The notes: generated by a model not told the origin, from the sequence alone. DNA of 64,000 bases from Nitrincola iocasae (GCF_008727795.1 NZ_CP044222.1:3632686-3696685); one strand, 5' to 3'; shown: positions 20,607-30,980, numbered from the stretch's first letter. Made by a program: numbers and translations.

Positions 20607-21788
20607 ATGGCACTAATGAAAGACTTTTCGCTCTCGTCCATTACGGCAGGCTTTGTCGCCGTGCTGGTCGGTTACACCAGCTCGGCCGTGATCATCTTTC
20701 AAGCGGCGGCGGCTGCAGGGGCATCACAAGCAGAAGTAACCTCCTGGTTTTTTGCGCTGGGCATCGGGATGGGCCTGTCCACGCTGGGGTTATCGCTGTA
20801 TTACAAAACCCCGATCTTAACAGCCTGGTCTACGCCTGGCGCTGCACTGTTAGTGACCAGCCTACCTGGACTGTCGATGGCTGAAGCGACAGGTGCGTTT
20901 ATTTTTTGCGGTGCTTTAATCACACTTGCGGGTATTACTGGCTGGTTTGAACGTTTGATGAAGTTTTTACCCCAGGAATTGGCAACGGCGATGCTGGCAG
21001 GCGTTCTTTTACAGTTTGGATTAGCGGCCTTTAAGTCCGCCGAAACTCACCTGATCTTAGTGATCAGCATGTTTCTTGTGTATTTAATCAGCAAACGGTT
21101 GTTACCCCGCTATGCAATCTTAATCGTATTAACGGGTGCGGTGGCGATGGTGTCCTGGATGGGGGAATTTGATCTGGATACACTGGCTTTTCAGTTTGCC
21201 ATCCCTGTTTTTACCGCGCCGTCTTTTTCATTTGCCGCCCTCATCGGTGTCGGTATTCCATTGTTTATCGTTACCATGGCCTCTCAAAATATGCCCGGCA
21301 TCGCAGTGATTAAAGCCTCAGGTTATAACCCACCTTTATCTCCCATCATCACCTGGACAGGTATCACCACCCTGTTACTGGCTCCATTGGGTGCATTTGC
21401 CCTCAATTTAGCGGCGATTACGGCCGCTATTTGCATGAGTGAAGAAGCGCATCCTGATAAGCAGCGCCGTTACACCGCTGCCGTATCCGCCAGCATTTTC
21501 TATATTGTCAGTGGCCTGCTCGCAGCCTCAGTGGCGACCTTAATGTTCGCCTTTCCGCAAGCCTTAGTATTGACCTTGGCCGGACTGGCCTTGCTGTCAA
21601 CGATCGGAAACAGTCTGGCTGTCGCGTTAGGGAACACAGAGGGTCGAGAAGCAGCTTTAATCACGTTTCTGGCCACCGCATCGGGGATGACATTGTTTGG
21701 TATTGGCAGTGCTTTCTGGGGATTATTGGCAGGGATGTTGGCTTGGCATCTAATGCGCAAACCAACAGAGCAACAACCTTCTGTGTGA
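20607..21788 (+). CDS. benE: BenE-family benzoate membrane transport protein.
   Basis: BenE-like N-terminus and about 12 TM helices. Confidence 0.8.
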   Translation: MALMKDFSLSSITAGFVAVLVGYTSSAVIIFQAAAAAGASQAEVTSWFFALGIGMGLSTLGLSLYYKTPILTAWSTPGAALLVTSLPGLSMAEATGAFIFCGALITLAGITGWFERLMKFLPQELATAMLAGVLLQFGLAAFKSAETHLILVISMFLVYLISKRLLPRYAILIVLTGAVAMVSWMGEFDLDTLAFQFAIPVFTAPSFSFAALIGVGIPLFIVTMASQNMPGIAVIKASGYNPPLSPIITWTGITTLLLAPLGAFALNLAAITAAICMSEEAHPDKQRRYTAAVSASIFYIVSGLLAASVATLMFAFPQALVLTLAGLALLSTIGNSLAVALGNTEGREAALITFLATASGMTLFGIGSAFWGLLAGMLAWHLMRKPTEQQPSV

Positions 21789-21790
21789 TG

Positions 21791-22303
21791 CTACTTGGTT
21801 AGAAAGTAAGACATCAAATAGCCCCCCGTGAGGATCACAAGATAACTCATCTCTACTCGCCTGCGTTTGATGTCACTTTCTCGGGAGTGGGTAATATCGA
21901 GCACAGCCTGATGAAGCAGGAAGGTATAAAGCACAAAGTACAGAAAAGGGATGACATGTACCTGGATCGGATAATCGCTGATATCCCGGTCGAACAAGGA
22001 TAATAACCAACCCATTTGCGTGTAAATTCCCAGTAGCCCGAGTCCGGCATTGATGAACATCCATTTGACCTGATCACGGCCAAAGATGACCAGGTAGAAA
22101 ATGGTGTATACCAAAATCGCGATACCACCATGCATATACAGAAATACTATATCAGGGGAGTCTTCGGCATAGGCCAGAAAGAAACCTGAGCCGCCAAACA
22201 TAAGCATGTGAAACAGAAAAAATGGATAGACTATATACCAGGGAATTTCATCACCCTTCTGGTATAAGCGTCCATTGACGGTCATGTTAGTACGCAGTTT
22301 CAT
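21791..22303 (-). CDS. Small polytopic membrane protein of unknown function.
   Basis: Four or five hydrophobic helices. Positioned at the head of the allantoin-branch gene cluster. Confidence 0.45.
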   Translation of the reverse strand: MKLRTNMTVNGRLYQKGDEIPWYIVYPFFLFHMLMFGGSGFFLAYAEDSPDIVFLYMHGGIAILVYTIFYLVIFGRDQVKWMFINAGLGLLGIYTQMGWLLSLFDRDISDYPIQVHVIPFLYFVLYTFLLHQAVLDITHSRESDIKRRRVEMSYLVILTGGYLMSYFLTK

Positions 22304-22325
22304 GTTGTTATCTCTAGCTCGCGGC

Positions 22326-23252
22326 TTAAGGCGCGGGGTGTTCAGCTATCCAGTGACGGGCAATATCCTCTCGCCGGGTTATCCACACGTCGTCATGCTG
22401 CTGCACATAATCAAGAAAGCGCTGTAACGCCCGAAAGCGGCCGGGACGACCGATTAAACGACAGTGCAAACCCACTGACATCATTTTCGGTGCATCAGCG
22501 CCTTCGGCGTAGAGCACATCAAAACTGTCACGCAGGTAGGTGAAGAAATTATCGCCATCTGCAAAACCTGTGGGTGACGAAAAGCGCATATCGTTACAGT
22601 CCAGGGTATAAGGAATCACCAAGTGGGATTTACGCTCTCCTTTGGCCGTATCCACCTGAGTCCAGAAAGGTAAGTCATCACCATAATAGTCGGAGTCGTA
22701 GAGAAAACCACCCTGCTCCACCACCAGTCGCCGGGTATTGGGTGAGTCACGACCTGTGTACCAGCCCAGTGGTGGGTTCCCGGTCAACGTATTGAAGATC
22801 TGCATTGCTTCCTGAAGATGGGCACGTTCCTGGGCTTCTGGCATTTCCTGATAATGTATCCAACGCAAGCCATGACAGCAGATATCATGCCCCAGGCGCT
22901 GGAACTCATGACACAGATCAGGATGGCGTGCCAACGCCATAGCAACACCAAAAATAGTCATGGGGAGGTCACGGCGTTCAAATTCACGCAATATCCGCCA
23001 GACACCCGCCCGTGAGCCATATTCATAGATGGATTCCATACTCAGGTGGCGATCAGGGTAAGGTGATGCACCCGCAATCTCAGACAGGAAGGTTTCCGCA
23101 TGGGCATCGCCATGCAGCACTGACATTTCAGCGCCTTCCTCGTAATTAAGGACAAAATTCAAAGCCAACCTGGCCTTGCCCGGCCAGCGTGGATCAGGGG
23201 GATTGGCCCCGTAGCCAATCAGATCGCGGGGATACTCGGCGTTATTTTGCAT
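22326..23252 (-). CDS. puuE: PuuE-type allantoinase (polysaccharide deacetylase family).
   Basis: MQNNAEYPRDLIGYGANPPDPRWPGKARLALNFVLNYEEG is the PuuE signature. Start chosen at the internal ATG, giving 308 aa. Confidence 0.8.
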   Translation of the reverse strand: MQNNAEYPRDLIGYGANPPDPRWPGKARLALNFVLNYEEGAEMSVLHGDAHAETFLSEIAGASPYPDRHLSMESIYEYGSRAGVWRILREFERRDLPMTIFGVAMALARHPDLCHEFQRLGHDICCHGLRWIHYQEMPEAQERAHLQEAMQIFNTLTGNPPLGWYTGRDSPNTRRLVVEQGGFLYDSDYYGDDLPFWTQVDTAKGERKSHLVIPYTLDCNDMRFSSPTGFADGDNFFTYLRDSFDVLYAEGADAPKMMSVGLHCRLIGRPGRFRALQRFLDYVQQHDDVWITRREDIARHWIAEHPAP

Positions 23253-23271
23253 CGTTCTATCCTGTTCTGTT

Positions 23272-23787
23272 TCAGGGCTGGTCAACCCAGTGGAGCTGAT
23301 CAGCCGCAAAGGTATATTCGTCACAATTGGCGAGCTGACCACTGCGATCCACCACCAACAATTCATCGCCATCCACACAGACAATCAATGGATGGTGCCA
23401 GACGCCGGCCGCATAGTTGACACCCTGAGAGCCATCACTGATAAACAGGCGCATCTGCTGTGGATCAGGCTGTTTGCCCGGTGGTGCGACGACGATCAGA
23501 AAGGGATGCCCCTTGAGTGGAATAAACGCCTGCGAGCCATGTGGATGACGTTCCAGCATCTGAATCGTCAGAGGGAACTGATCCGCCAGGGGTTTGCGAA
23601 ACACACTGATAATGGCCCGACCATCTGCCGGACCCGTTTCGACCTGTGCCATTTGGTGATAGCGCTCGGTGCTACCGCCATTGATGAGGAAATGGCTGTG
23701 AACCTGGCGGTCAATTACCTGCCCAAAGGCGGCAAAATTCTCAGCCGTCAGCGCTGTAGGTTGCAGTTGCATTGACATCTTCAGCAC
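23272..23787 (-). CDS. allA: Ureidoglycolate lyase.
   Basis: AllA-like N-terminus ([14 protein letters not shown]) and a length of about 165 aa. Confidence 0.75.
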   Translation of the reverse strand: MLKMSMQLQPTALTAENFAAFGQVIDRQVHSHFLINGGSTERYHQMAQVETGPADGRAIISVFRKPLADQFPLTIQMLERHPHGSQAFIPLKGHPFLIVVAPPGKQPDPQQMRLFISDGSQGVNYAAGVWHHPLIVCVDGDELLVVDRSGQLANCDEYTFAADQLHWVDQP

Positions 23788-24785
23788 CTCGCAATGTGTC
23801 CTAACAGGCGTAATCGGCTGACACCGCCATCAGGGAAAATATTCAACCGCACATGGGTAATGGGCCCGAGATCCTGCAATTCTGCTGCAAAAACATGTTC
23901 CTGATGCATTTCCAGTTTTTGCGAGGGTAGCAGTTCCTTCCAATACAGACTTTGCGTCTCAATCTGGCTTTCAGTGCCGCCTTTAACATAGGCACCCTGA
24001 ATCGAGCAGCTATCCGGGTAGTTACCCTTGAAGTGCAATGTATCCACGATAATTTTTTCCACCACACCCGGATGCCCCAGTGACAGAATCACCCAGTCAT
24101 AGCCCGGCGTACGACGACGTGCGGTTTCCCAGCCATCGCCCATATTGATACCACGACCCGGATTGATCAGGTTACTGATACTGCCATAATGCTCATCAGA
24201 ACACGCCAGTGCCCGACCACCATTTAATACCGAGACTAAATCTAACTGTTCAGCTTCACTCACAGAAGACCAGTCACGGTAGGGAATACCATAAACACGC
24301 AAGCGTGCGATGCCACCATCGGGGTAGATATTAAAGCGCAGGTGCGTCCATGCCTGATCGTTAAGTGTGGTGGCATGCAAATGATGGCTATTACCCTGAA
24401 GATCAACAGACGCTAAAATCTGGGTCCAGCGTGTTTGTTCGTCCGGATCACCGCGCTCACAGAAACAAGCCTCTAAGGAGGCCGACGGTGGATAATTCCC
24501 GGTAAAGAAGGAGGTATCAATATCAACACCCTGAACATACCCCGGTACACCCAGGCGAATGACTGCATAGTCATAGCCTTCAAAACGCTTGCGCCGACTT
24601 TCCCAGCCATCCATCCATTTGCCATTGTCATCAAACACCCCATCTTTCCACACAGGTGGCTCGGGTTGCAGCATGCGGTTAACATCGGCAAACCAGTCAT
24701 CGGTGACAAAAACAGCCCGGGTGCCCAAACGGGCATCGGCGAGGTTAATACTGCGTTTATAAGGATTATCAGCGGCTTGCATCAT
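23781..24785 (-). CDS. alc: Allantoicase.
   Basis: Two tandem allantoicase repeats (WFADV..GWESRR and [10 protein letters not shown]). Confidence 0.85.
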   Translation of the reverse strand: MMQAADNPYKRSINLADARLGTRAVFVTDDWFADVNRMLQPEPPVWKDGVFDDNGKWMDGWESRRKRFEGYDYAVIRLGVPGYVQGVDIDTSFFTGNYPPSASLEACFCERGDPDEQTRWTQILASVDLQGNSHHLHATTLNDQAWTHLRFNIYPDGGIARLRVYGIPYRDWSSVSEAEQLDLVSVLNGGRALACSDEHYGSISNLINPGRGINMGDGWETARRRTPGYDWVILSLGHPGVVEKIIVDTLHFKGNYPDSCSIQGAYVKGGTESQIETQSLYWKELLPSQKLEMHQEHVFAAELQDLGPITHVRLNIFPDGGVSRLRLLGHIARC

Positions 24786-24811
24786 CGTCTCTCATCATTA
24801 GTTACAAAATG

Positions 24812-25657
24812 TTACACATTAAGATTCAGGTCAAGTTCTTCGGTCTGCTCATACAGCTGATTGATCTGTTCAATCCGTGCACGCCCCCGATCCAACTGGT
24901 GGTGTAATAACAGGTTACTGATCAGGCTGACCAGGCTCATCGGCAAAGCATAACTATCAAACGCCGAGACACTGTCCAGGGGTAGCTCCAATAGCCAATT
25001 GGGTTTTAGCGTTGCCAGGCCACTGTCCTGCTCACACAGCAGCAATACCGGAATCTGCCGCTGTATCAGCGTACGCACCAGGGCTTTGAAGCCAGCCGGG
25101 CGCCGATGAAACGCCATCAACACCACCAGATCCTGTGGTGTCAGATCGGCCAGCTCTTCACCCAGCGTCTGCCCTGGCTGGGGCAGCAGTTGAACCGCTG
25201 AGCGAATCTGGATCAGTTGCTGGCGCAGGTGCAGAGCGACCGGATAACTGTTGCGAAAACCGATCACGGCGATACGCCCGGCATCAGCCAGATGTTCGGT
25301 GATATCGGCCAAGAGCGGCGACTGCGCCAGCCTCGTGACCCGTTGCAGATTTTGTAATTCACTGGCCAGATGGCGATCAATCAGACTCCCTCCAGCTTGC
25401 AGCTTAGGCCCGGGCATGGGCACGCCGGACTGACGTAAACGCCGCAATTCCTCTCGAGCCTCTTTGAAGCTGGCATAACCCAAACGGCGAAACAAACGGC
25501 TAATGGTCGCCTTGGAGGTATCACACTGACGGCTCAGCTCAACCGAATTATAGGTCGCCAGATCATCCAGATGGTCAACAATAAACCCCGCTACCCGCCG
25601 CTCACTGGGGGAGAGCTGATCATAGTTCTGGCGTATCGTCTCGGTAATCCGGCGCAT
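24812..25657 (-). CDS. RpiR/MurR-family transcriptional regulator (HTH plus SIS domain).
   Basis: N-terminal HTH_6 (LSPSERRVAGFIVDHLDDLATYNSVELSRQCDTSKATISRL) and a SIS-like C-terminal half. Confidence 0.8.
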   Translation of the reverse strand: MRRITETIRQNYDQLSPSERRVAGFIVDHLDDLATYNSVELSRQCDTSKATISRLFRRLGYASFKEAREELRRLRQSGVPMPGPKLQAGGSLIDRHLASELQNLQRVTRLAQSPLLADITEHLADAGRIAVIGFRNSYPVALHLRQQLIQIRSAVQLLPQPGQTLGEELADLTPQDLVVLMAFHRRPAGFKALVRTLIQRQIPVLLLCEQDSGLATLKPNWLLELPLDSVSAFDSYALPMSLVSLISNLLLHHQLDRGRARIEQINQLYEQTEELDLNLNV

Positions 25658-25669
25658 GCTGTTTCCTGG

Positions 25670-26398
25670 TTATAATACCGCGTTGATAAAGCTTTGCAGT
25701 TCCGGTGTAGAAGGCTGATCAAAAACAGCCTTGGCTGGCCCACTTTCCCAAACCTTACCCTGGTGCATAAACACCACCCGATCACCAACATCGCGGGCAA
25801 AATTCATTTCATGGGTAACCAGTACCAGGGTCATACCCTCTGCCGCCAGTTGTTCCAATACTCGCAGCACTTCGCCGACCAGTTCAGGATCCAGTGCCGA
25901 GGTAATCTCATCACAGAGCAGCACCTTGGGTGACATCGCCAGAGCGCGCGCTATCGCAACACGTTGCTGCTGCCCGCCGGATAAACAATCTGGATATTCG
26001 TCGATTTTTTCAGCCAGCCCCACTTTCGCCAGTTTATCCTCAGCCAGCGCACGCGCCTCCTGGGTGGATAGTTTCAACACCAGCTTGGGTGCCAGCATGA
26101 TGTTTTCGCCTACAGTCAGATGCGGGAACAGATTAAAGCTCTGGAACACCATGCCGACACTGCGTGCCAGCAGGCGCACCTGCTTTTCATCACTGCTGAC
26201 CTCCTTATTATCTACCGTGATGACGCCTTGTTGATAGGCTTCCAGTCCATTCATGCAACGTAACAGGGTACTTTTTCCCGAACCACTGCGGCCAATAATG
26301 GAGACCACCTCTCCGGCATCAATTTTCAGATCGATACCCTTGAGTACATGCAGGTCACCGTAATACTTATGTACCTGATCAATGTTAACCAGCGCCAT
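25670..26398 (-). CDS. Polar amino-acid-type ABC transporter ATP-binding protein.
   Basis: Walker A GRSGSGKST, ABC signature LSGGQQQR and Walker B LLCDE. Start chosen at MALVNID. Confidence 0.85.
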   Translation of the reverse strand: MALVNIDQVHKYYGDLHVLKGIDLKIDAGEVVSIIGRSGSGKSTLLRCMNGLEAYQQGVITVDNKEVSSDEKQVRLLARSVGMVFQSFNLFPHLTVGENIMLAPKLVLKLSTQEARALAEDKLAKVGLAEKIDEYPDCLSGGQQQRVAIARALAMSPKVLLCDEITSALDPELVGEVLRVLEQLAAEGMTLVLVTHEMNFARDVGDRVVFMHQGKVWESGPAKAVFDQPSTPELQSFINAVL

Positions 26399-27035
26399 TG
26401 AATTTTTTCTCCAAACGTTGACTCGCCAGGGACAGCGGATAACAGAGCGCAAAATAGATCAACGCAACCATGGCAAAAATTTTAAAGGGTTCAAAGGTGG
26501 CATTGTTCAGCATGGTACCGGCCTTGGTCAGCTCGACAAAACCGATAATAGAGGCCAAAGCAGTGCCTTTGACTACCTGTACGGAAAACCCGACCGTGGG
26601 CGCCAAGGCCACACGTACCGCTTGCGGCAGTATCACCCGGCTCAAGGTTTGCTTGAAATTCAACCCCAGGCAACGGGACGCTTCCCATTGACCACGAGGC
26701 AAGGTATCAATGCAGCCACGCCAGATCTCAGTCAAAAAGGCACTGGTGAAGAAGGTCAGCGCAAAGGCGGCCGCCGCCCAGGCTGAGATATCAAACCCCA
26801 GCAGTGAAAGACCAAAGAACACCAGAAACAGCTGCATCAGCAAGGGCGTTCCCTGAAACAGCTCGACATAGCACCGCACCAGCCACTGTAACGGTCGACG
26901 GCCACTCAAGCGCAAGGCTGTCAGCAACAGACCAACCAATGCTCCTCCGATAAAGGCCGTCAGTGACAACGCAATCGTCCACCGAGCTGCCAATAACAGA
27001 TTACGGAGCAAATCCCAGTTAGAAAATTCGATCAT
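26385..27035 (-). CDS. ABC transporter permease (HisM/GlnP type).
   Basis: Polytopic membrane protein with an EAA-like loop. Operon context. Confidence 0.8.
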   Translation of the reverse strand: MIEFSNWDLLRNLLLAARWTIALSLTAFIGGALVGLLLTALRLSGRRPLQWLVRCYVELFQGTPLLMQLFLVFFGLSLLGFDISAWAAAAFALTFFTSAFLTEIWRGCIDTLPRGQWEASRCLGLNFKQTLSRVILPQAVRVALAPTVGFSVQVVKGTALASIIGFVELTKAGTMLNNATFEPFKIFAMVALIYFALCYPLSLASQRLEKKFNGAG

Positions 27036-27697
27036 ACCGCAGCCCTCCGGTGACGAAACAAGCGCCGCCCCACCCACTCAAATAGTTGACGCATCAGGAT
27101 GGCAAACAGCAAATACATCCCGGCAACGACCAGGTAAGCCTCAAAGCTTCTGAAACTGCGTGACTGAATAAGATTCGCGGCGTAGGTCAGATCCATCACA
27201 GATATCTGCGACACCACCGCCGATCCCAACATCACGATGATGCACTGACTGGTCAGCGCAGGATAAATTTTCTCAAACGCCGGAATCAGTACCACGCGAA
27301 AAAACACCTGGCGAGGACTCAACCCCAGCACGCGAGCCGCTTCGACCTGAGCCTTGGGTGTTGCCGCTAAACCGGCACGGATAATCTCGGTACTATAGGC
27401 TCCGAGGTTGATCAACATGGCCAATAACCCCGCCTCCCAAGCGGTCAGCTTGATACCGAGTGCAGGTAAACCAAAAAAGATAAAAAACAACTGCACAATA
27501 AAGGGCGTGTTACGGATCAATTCCACATAGCTGCCAATCGCTCCGCGTAACAGTTTGCCACCGTAGTGACGGCCTGCCGCACAGGCCGTACCTATAGCCA
27601 CGCCTCCCAGCGTGGCATACAAGGTCAGCACCACGGTGACCCAAAGCCCCTGCAGAAGCAGGTTGCTATAGGGCAACAGGTCACTGAAATTCAGCAT
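27032..27697 (-). CDS. ABC transporter permease (HisQ/GlnP type).
   Basis: Polytopic membrane protein in tandem with the second permease. The ends overlap by 4 nt. Confidence 0.8.
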   Translation of the reverse strand: MLNFSDLLPYSNLLLQGLWVTVVLTLYATLGGVAIGTACAAGRHYGGKLLRGAIGSYVELIRNTPFIVQLFFIFFGLPALGIKLTAWEAGLLAMLINLGAYSTEIIRAGLAATPKAQVEAARVLGLSPRQVFFRVVLIPAFEKIYPALTSQCIIVMLGSAVVSQISVMDLTYAANLIQSRSFRSFEAYLVVAGMYLLFAILMRQLFEWVGRRLFRHRRAAV

Positions 27698-27707
27698 CAA
27701 TCCGTCC

Positions 27708-28511
27708 TCAAGAACCGAAGCCATCAGGCAAAGGCGCGCGCAACCAGGTTTCTGAAATACTATTCAAGGTGCCATCTTGCAATGCCTGGGCAATGATTTC
27801 ATTCACCCGTGCCTGCAGCTCAGCTTCACCTTTGTTCAGGCCGATATAACAAGGTGAGTCACGCAGCATGAACTTGGTCACTGGCGCTTGCTCAGGGCGA
27901 CGCTCGGCAATTTCTGCCGCTACCAGGTTGCCAGTGGCAATCAACTGAACCTGTCCGGAGAGATAGGCTGACAAAGTGGTATTGTTGTCTTCGAAACGCT
28001 GCAGTGTGGCATCAGCTGGCAGGACTTTTTCCAGCTCCATATCTTCTACCGCGCCGCGGGTGACCCCTACGACATGACCACTAAGATCTTCTGGCGCGGC
28101 TACAGCGATGTCCGGGTTACCAAAAACGCCCAGAAAGAAAGGCGCATAAGCATCGCTGAAATCTATGGCCCGTTCACGCTCTTCGTTTTTACCCAGGCTG
28201 GAGATCACCAGGTCGGCACGTCCAGTTTGCAGGTAAGGTATGCGGTTGGCACTGGTCACGGTAATCAATTCAACACTCACACCCAGCTGTTCACCGATGT
28301 AATTGGCCATATCGATATCATAGCCACGCGGCTGCATATCGGTACCAACAGAGCCGAAAGGTGGAAAATCCTGGGGTACCGCCACCCGAATCACACCACG
28401 TTCTTCAATCTCACTCAGCAGGTTTGCCTGGGCACTGATCGACAGGGTTACAGCCACCGCCGCCACACTGGCGAGCAGTCCGCGCTTAAATGTTTTAAAG
28501 GTTTTCTTCAT
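27708..28511 (-). CDS. ABC transporter periplasmic substrate-binding protein (family 3 solute-binding protein).
   Basis: Signal peptide followed by a type-3 solute-binding-protein fold. First gene of the transporter operon. Confidence 0.8.
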   Translation of the reverse strand: MKKTFKTFKRGLLASVAAVAVTLSISAQANLLSEIEERGVIRVAVPQDFPPFGSVGTDMQPRGYDIDMANYIGEQLGVSVELITVTSANRIPYLQTGRADLVISSLGKNEERERAIDFSDAYAPFFLGVFGNPDIAVAAPEDLSGHVVGVTRGAVEDMELEKVLPADATLQRFEDNNTTLSAYLSGQVQLIATGNLVAAEIAERRPEQAPVTKFMLRDSPCYIGLNKGEAELQARVNEIIAQALQDGTLNSISETWLRAPLPDGFGS

Positions 28512-28870
28512 CTAGCTATCCTCAGTCAGGTTGGTCGTTATTGCAACTTTTGATTCACACAAAATAGCTTCTGCAACAAAAGTGCCAAAACCAAACCGCA
28601 AAGAAAAAAGAGTGAAAATATGCTTAAGATCAACTAAATGAAAAAAACTTATGCCGGTATGACGAATATCTAGGCTAGTATTCTGAATTCAATCGGTGCA
28701 TCTACGCACTAAAATGTGGCAAAACACATCTACGAGGCCGGGGAACCCAAGGCTAACTCGCCCCACTATGGATTGGTACATGACTCTAAGAAATTTTTCA
28801 TCAAATAGAAATGAGAATCGAATAGCATCATGCCGACCACTTTTGCTATGATGCATTAACACGAAAAACC

Positions 28871-28905
28871 ATTACATGTAAGCTTGACATTTTACATGTA
28901 ATGAC
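28871..28905. promoter_or_regulatory. Pair of TTACATGTAA palindromes, 19 bp centre-to-centre, flanking a TTGACA -35 box. Candidate operator/promoter for the downstream PspA-flotillin array.
   Basis: Exact 10-bp palindromes at about 28874-28883 and 28893-28902 with TTGACA at about 28885-28890. They lie roughly 20-45 bp upstream of the ATG at 28920, in a very AT-rich divergent intergenic region. Confidence 0.35.
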
Positions 28906-28919
28906 TAAATATTATCACC

Positions 28920-29573
28920 ATGAAAAAACCAAAAACATCAGCCGACTACCAACGTGAGTATCGCAAACGTCTACGCGATCAAGGCCTAGTTAAAAAGGAG
29001 GTATGGATTCATCCGAACCACGCTAGGATTTTGTCTCAATACGAGCAGGTTTTTCGCAACCCTTTGATTACTAGCGGTAAAACATGCAATACCCAACTTA
29101 AGGAAATAGAGGTAAGTATGAACAAAAAGAACACATGGACTACACATTCTCTGTTTGAAGCCCTGCTTGAAACAGAAATGGTGTCGTCGAATCAAGCTAG
29201 TATAAAGCTGGAAGAGAGTACAAAAGCAACGATCCACATGGTATTGCATTCCATGGGAGATCTTCCTGTTTATGTTACCGTCGCCGGTGAACAGATTCTG
29301 GCTGAAAGTCTTTTATGGCCCCAGGATATGGTTAATGATGTCGTGGCCTTCAATGATGAAGTTCTCGTTACCCATAAAATTTTCCCCCTATCGACAATCA
29401 GTCTGGATACCTTACCGACAGGTGAGCGTTATTACACCATGTTCGGCGCGCTGAGTGCTTTTTCATCACTCTTCGATGTTGTTTTTGAAATTGAGTTATT
29501 AGCAGACAATGTCATCAAGGCAGCGGATGCCTATTCAAAATTCTTGCCTAGTCAAATGATGGTGGAGGTGTAG
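28920..29573 (+). CDS. Hypothetical protein with a basic N-terminal region. First gene of the PspA-associated array, possibly a YjfI/DUF2170-like PspA partner.
   Basis: Open frame immediately followed (1-nt gap) by the PspA-family gene. There is an internal ATG at 29118 with a strong GAGG Shine-Dalgarno sequence, so the true start is uncertain. Confidence 0.5.
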   Translation: MKKPKTSADYQREYRKRLRDQGLVKKEVWIHPNHARILSQYEQVFRNPLITSGKTCNTQLKEIEVSMNKKNTWTTHSLFEALLETEMVSSNQASIKLEESTKATIHMVLHSMGDLPVYVTVAGEQILAESLLWPQDMVNDVVAFNDEVLVTHKIFPLSTISLDTLPTGERYYTMFGALSAFSSLFDVVFEIELLADNVIKAADAYSKFLPSQMMVEV

Positions 29574-29574
29574 C

Positions 29575-30282
29575 ATGGCCGTATGGAGTAAGTTAATGAC
29601 AGCTTTGCGTGGCAATGCTAATGCGCTCGGTGAGTCCATAGTCGACAGCCAGGCAATGGTGATACTGGATGAAGAGATTCGCAATGCCGGGACAGAGCTT
29701 AATCAAGCCAAACTCGCTTTAGCAGAAATCATGGCCAAGCACCGTGTTGCAACTGATAAGCTAACGGTGCTTAAAGGCCAGGTTACAGAGTATGAAGACT
29801 ATGCACTTGCCGCACTGGAAAAAGGCAAAGAAGACTTAGCACAAGAAGTGGCCCTAAAAATTGCCAATATTGAAACTGAATTAGCGCAACAGCAAGAAAT
29901 CGTCGATCACTACGGTAAAAGTGTTGATCAACTGCGCACTGCTGTCCAATCTGCAGAAGGTAACTTAAAGCGCTTACGTCAACAAGCCGATACGGTGCTT
30001 GCTACTGAGTCGGTTCAACGCGCCCAAGCCGCCGTTGCCAGCCGCTATGCCGGCGGTCAAGCCAAGTTACAAACCGCTATGGATTCGCTGGAGCGAATTA
30101 AAATGAAACAAGCCGAAAATGCGGCCAGAATGGAATCTGCTCAGGAATTAGAAGCCGAAAGTCGAGGCGATGTGTTAACCGAAAAATTACGAGCAGCCGG
30201 TATTACGCCACAGGAAACAAGCGCTACCAATGTTCTAAATCGGTTAAAGGAAAAACAACAAACCAAGCAGAATAATGCTTAA
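29575..30282 (+). CDS. pspA: PspA/IM30-family protein (phage-shock protein A / Vipp1 / ESCRT-III superfamily).
   Basis: MAVWSKLMTALRGNANALGESIVDSQAMVILDEEIRNA is the PspA-family N-terminus. The 235-aa protein is entirely coiled coil. Confidence 0.85.
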   Translation: MAVWSKLMTALRGNANALGESIVDSQAMVILDEEIRNAGTELNQAKLALAEIMAKHRVATDKLTVLKGQVTEYEDYALAALEKGKEDLAQEVALKIANIETELAQQQEIVDHYGKSVDQLRTAVQSAEGNLKRLRQQADTVLATESVQRAQAAVASRYAGGQAKLQTAMDSLERIKMKQAENAARMESAQELEAESRGDVLTEKLRAAGITPQETSATNVLNRLKEKQQTKQNNA

Positions 30283-30321
30283 AATATAGATTAAGCGATC
30301 ATTCAATAGGAGTAATTAACA

Positions 30322-30963
30322 ATGGACGTTTTTATTTTAATTATTGCCAGCTATCCCGTGGCAGTTTTTACTTCTCTCCTATTGGTAGTTGTAATCTACT
30401 GGTTAATAGCAATTCTCGGATTAATTGATATTGACACTCTGGATCTCCCAGAGATCGATGCTGATGCAGAACTTGATAGCCTGGAAGGGTTAACAGGTGT
30501 TGCGGGCTTTCTTATAAAGCTTGGCTTTCAGGGAATTCCGGTGATGGTTATATTGAGTCTACTGACACTGGTAGCCTGGTGGACTTCCTATTTTTGTGTC
30601 TGGCTACTTCCTTTTGCTTTAAATGGCATTTGGAAATTGGTATTAGGCACTGCCATCTTAATCACTTCCTTTATTTTTGCGCTCTTGATCACTCGATTTT
30701 TAGTGATCCCTTTAAAGCCGCTATTTAGAAAAAACACAGCAAGAAGCAAGAGAAGTTTTTTAGGCCAAGCTGTTGTCATACGAAGCTCCCGCGTTGACGA
30801 GCATTTCGGACAAGCTGAGTTCAACGATGCTGGAGCCGGTTTGATCTTAAATATTCGTGCAAAAACACCCAATCAGCTCAAAAAAAATGATCGTGTCATA
30901 CTACTTGAATACCTTGAAAAAGATCATGTCTATCTGGTAATCCCCGAAAGGGACTTTTATTAA
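30322..30963 (+). CDS. yqiJ: YqiJ/NfeD-like inner-membrane protein (DUF1449-like). Flotillin partner.
   Basis: N-terminal TM helices plus a C-terminal soluble OB-like domain. Located directly upstream of the YqiK-like flotillin, as in the E. coli yqiJK pair. Confidence 0.6.
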   Translation: MDVFILIIASYPVAVFTSLLLVVVIYWLIAILGLIDIDTLDLPEIDADAELDSLEGLTGVAGFLIKLGFQGIPVMVILSLLTLVAWWTSYFCVWLLPFALNGIWKLVLGTAILITSFIFALLITRFLVIPLKPLFRKNTARSKRSFLGQAVVIRSSRVDEHFGQAEFNDAGAGLILNIRAKTPNQLKKNDRVILLEYLEKDHVYLVIPERDFY

Positions 30964-30980
30964 AAAATTGGAGAATTAGA

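Noticed and set aside
23290-23775. 161-aa plus-strand ORF exactly mirroring allA.
   Set aside because: It is antisense to the ureidoglycolate lyase gene, which has clear family features. It has no independent start or RBS signal.
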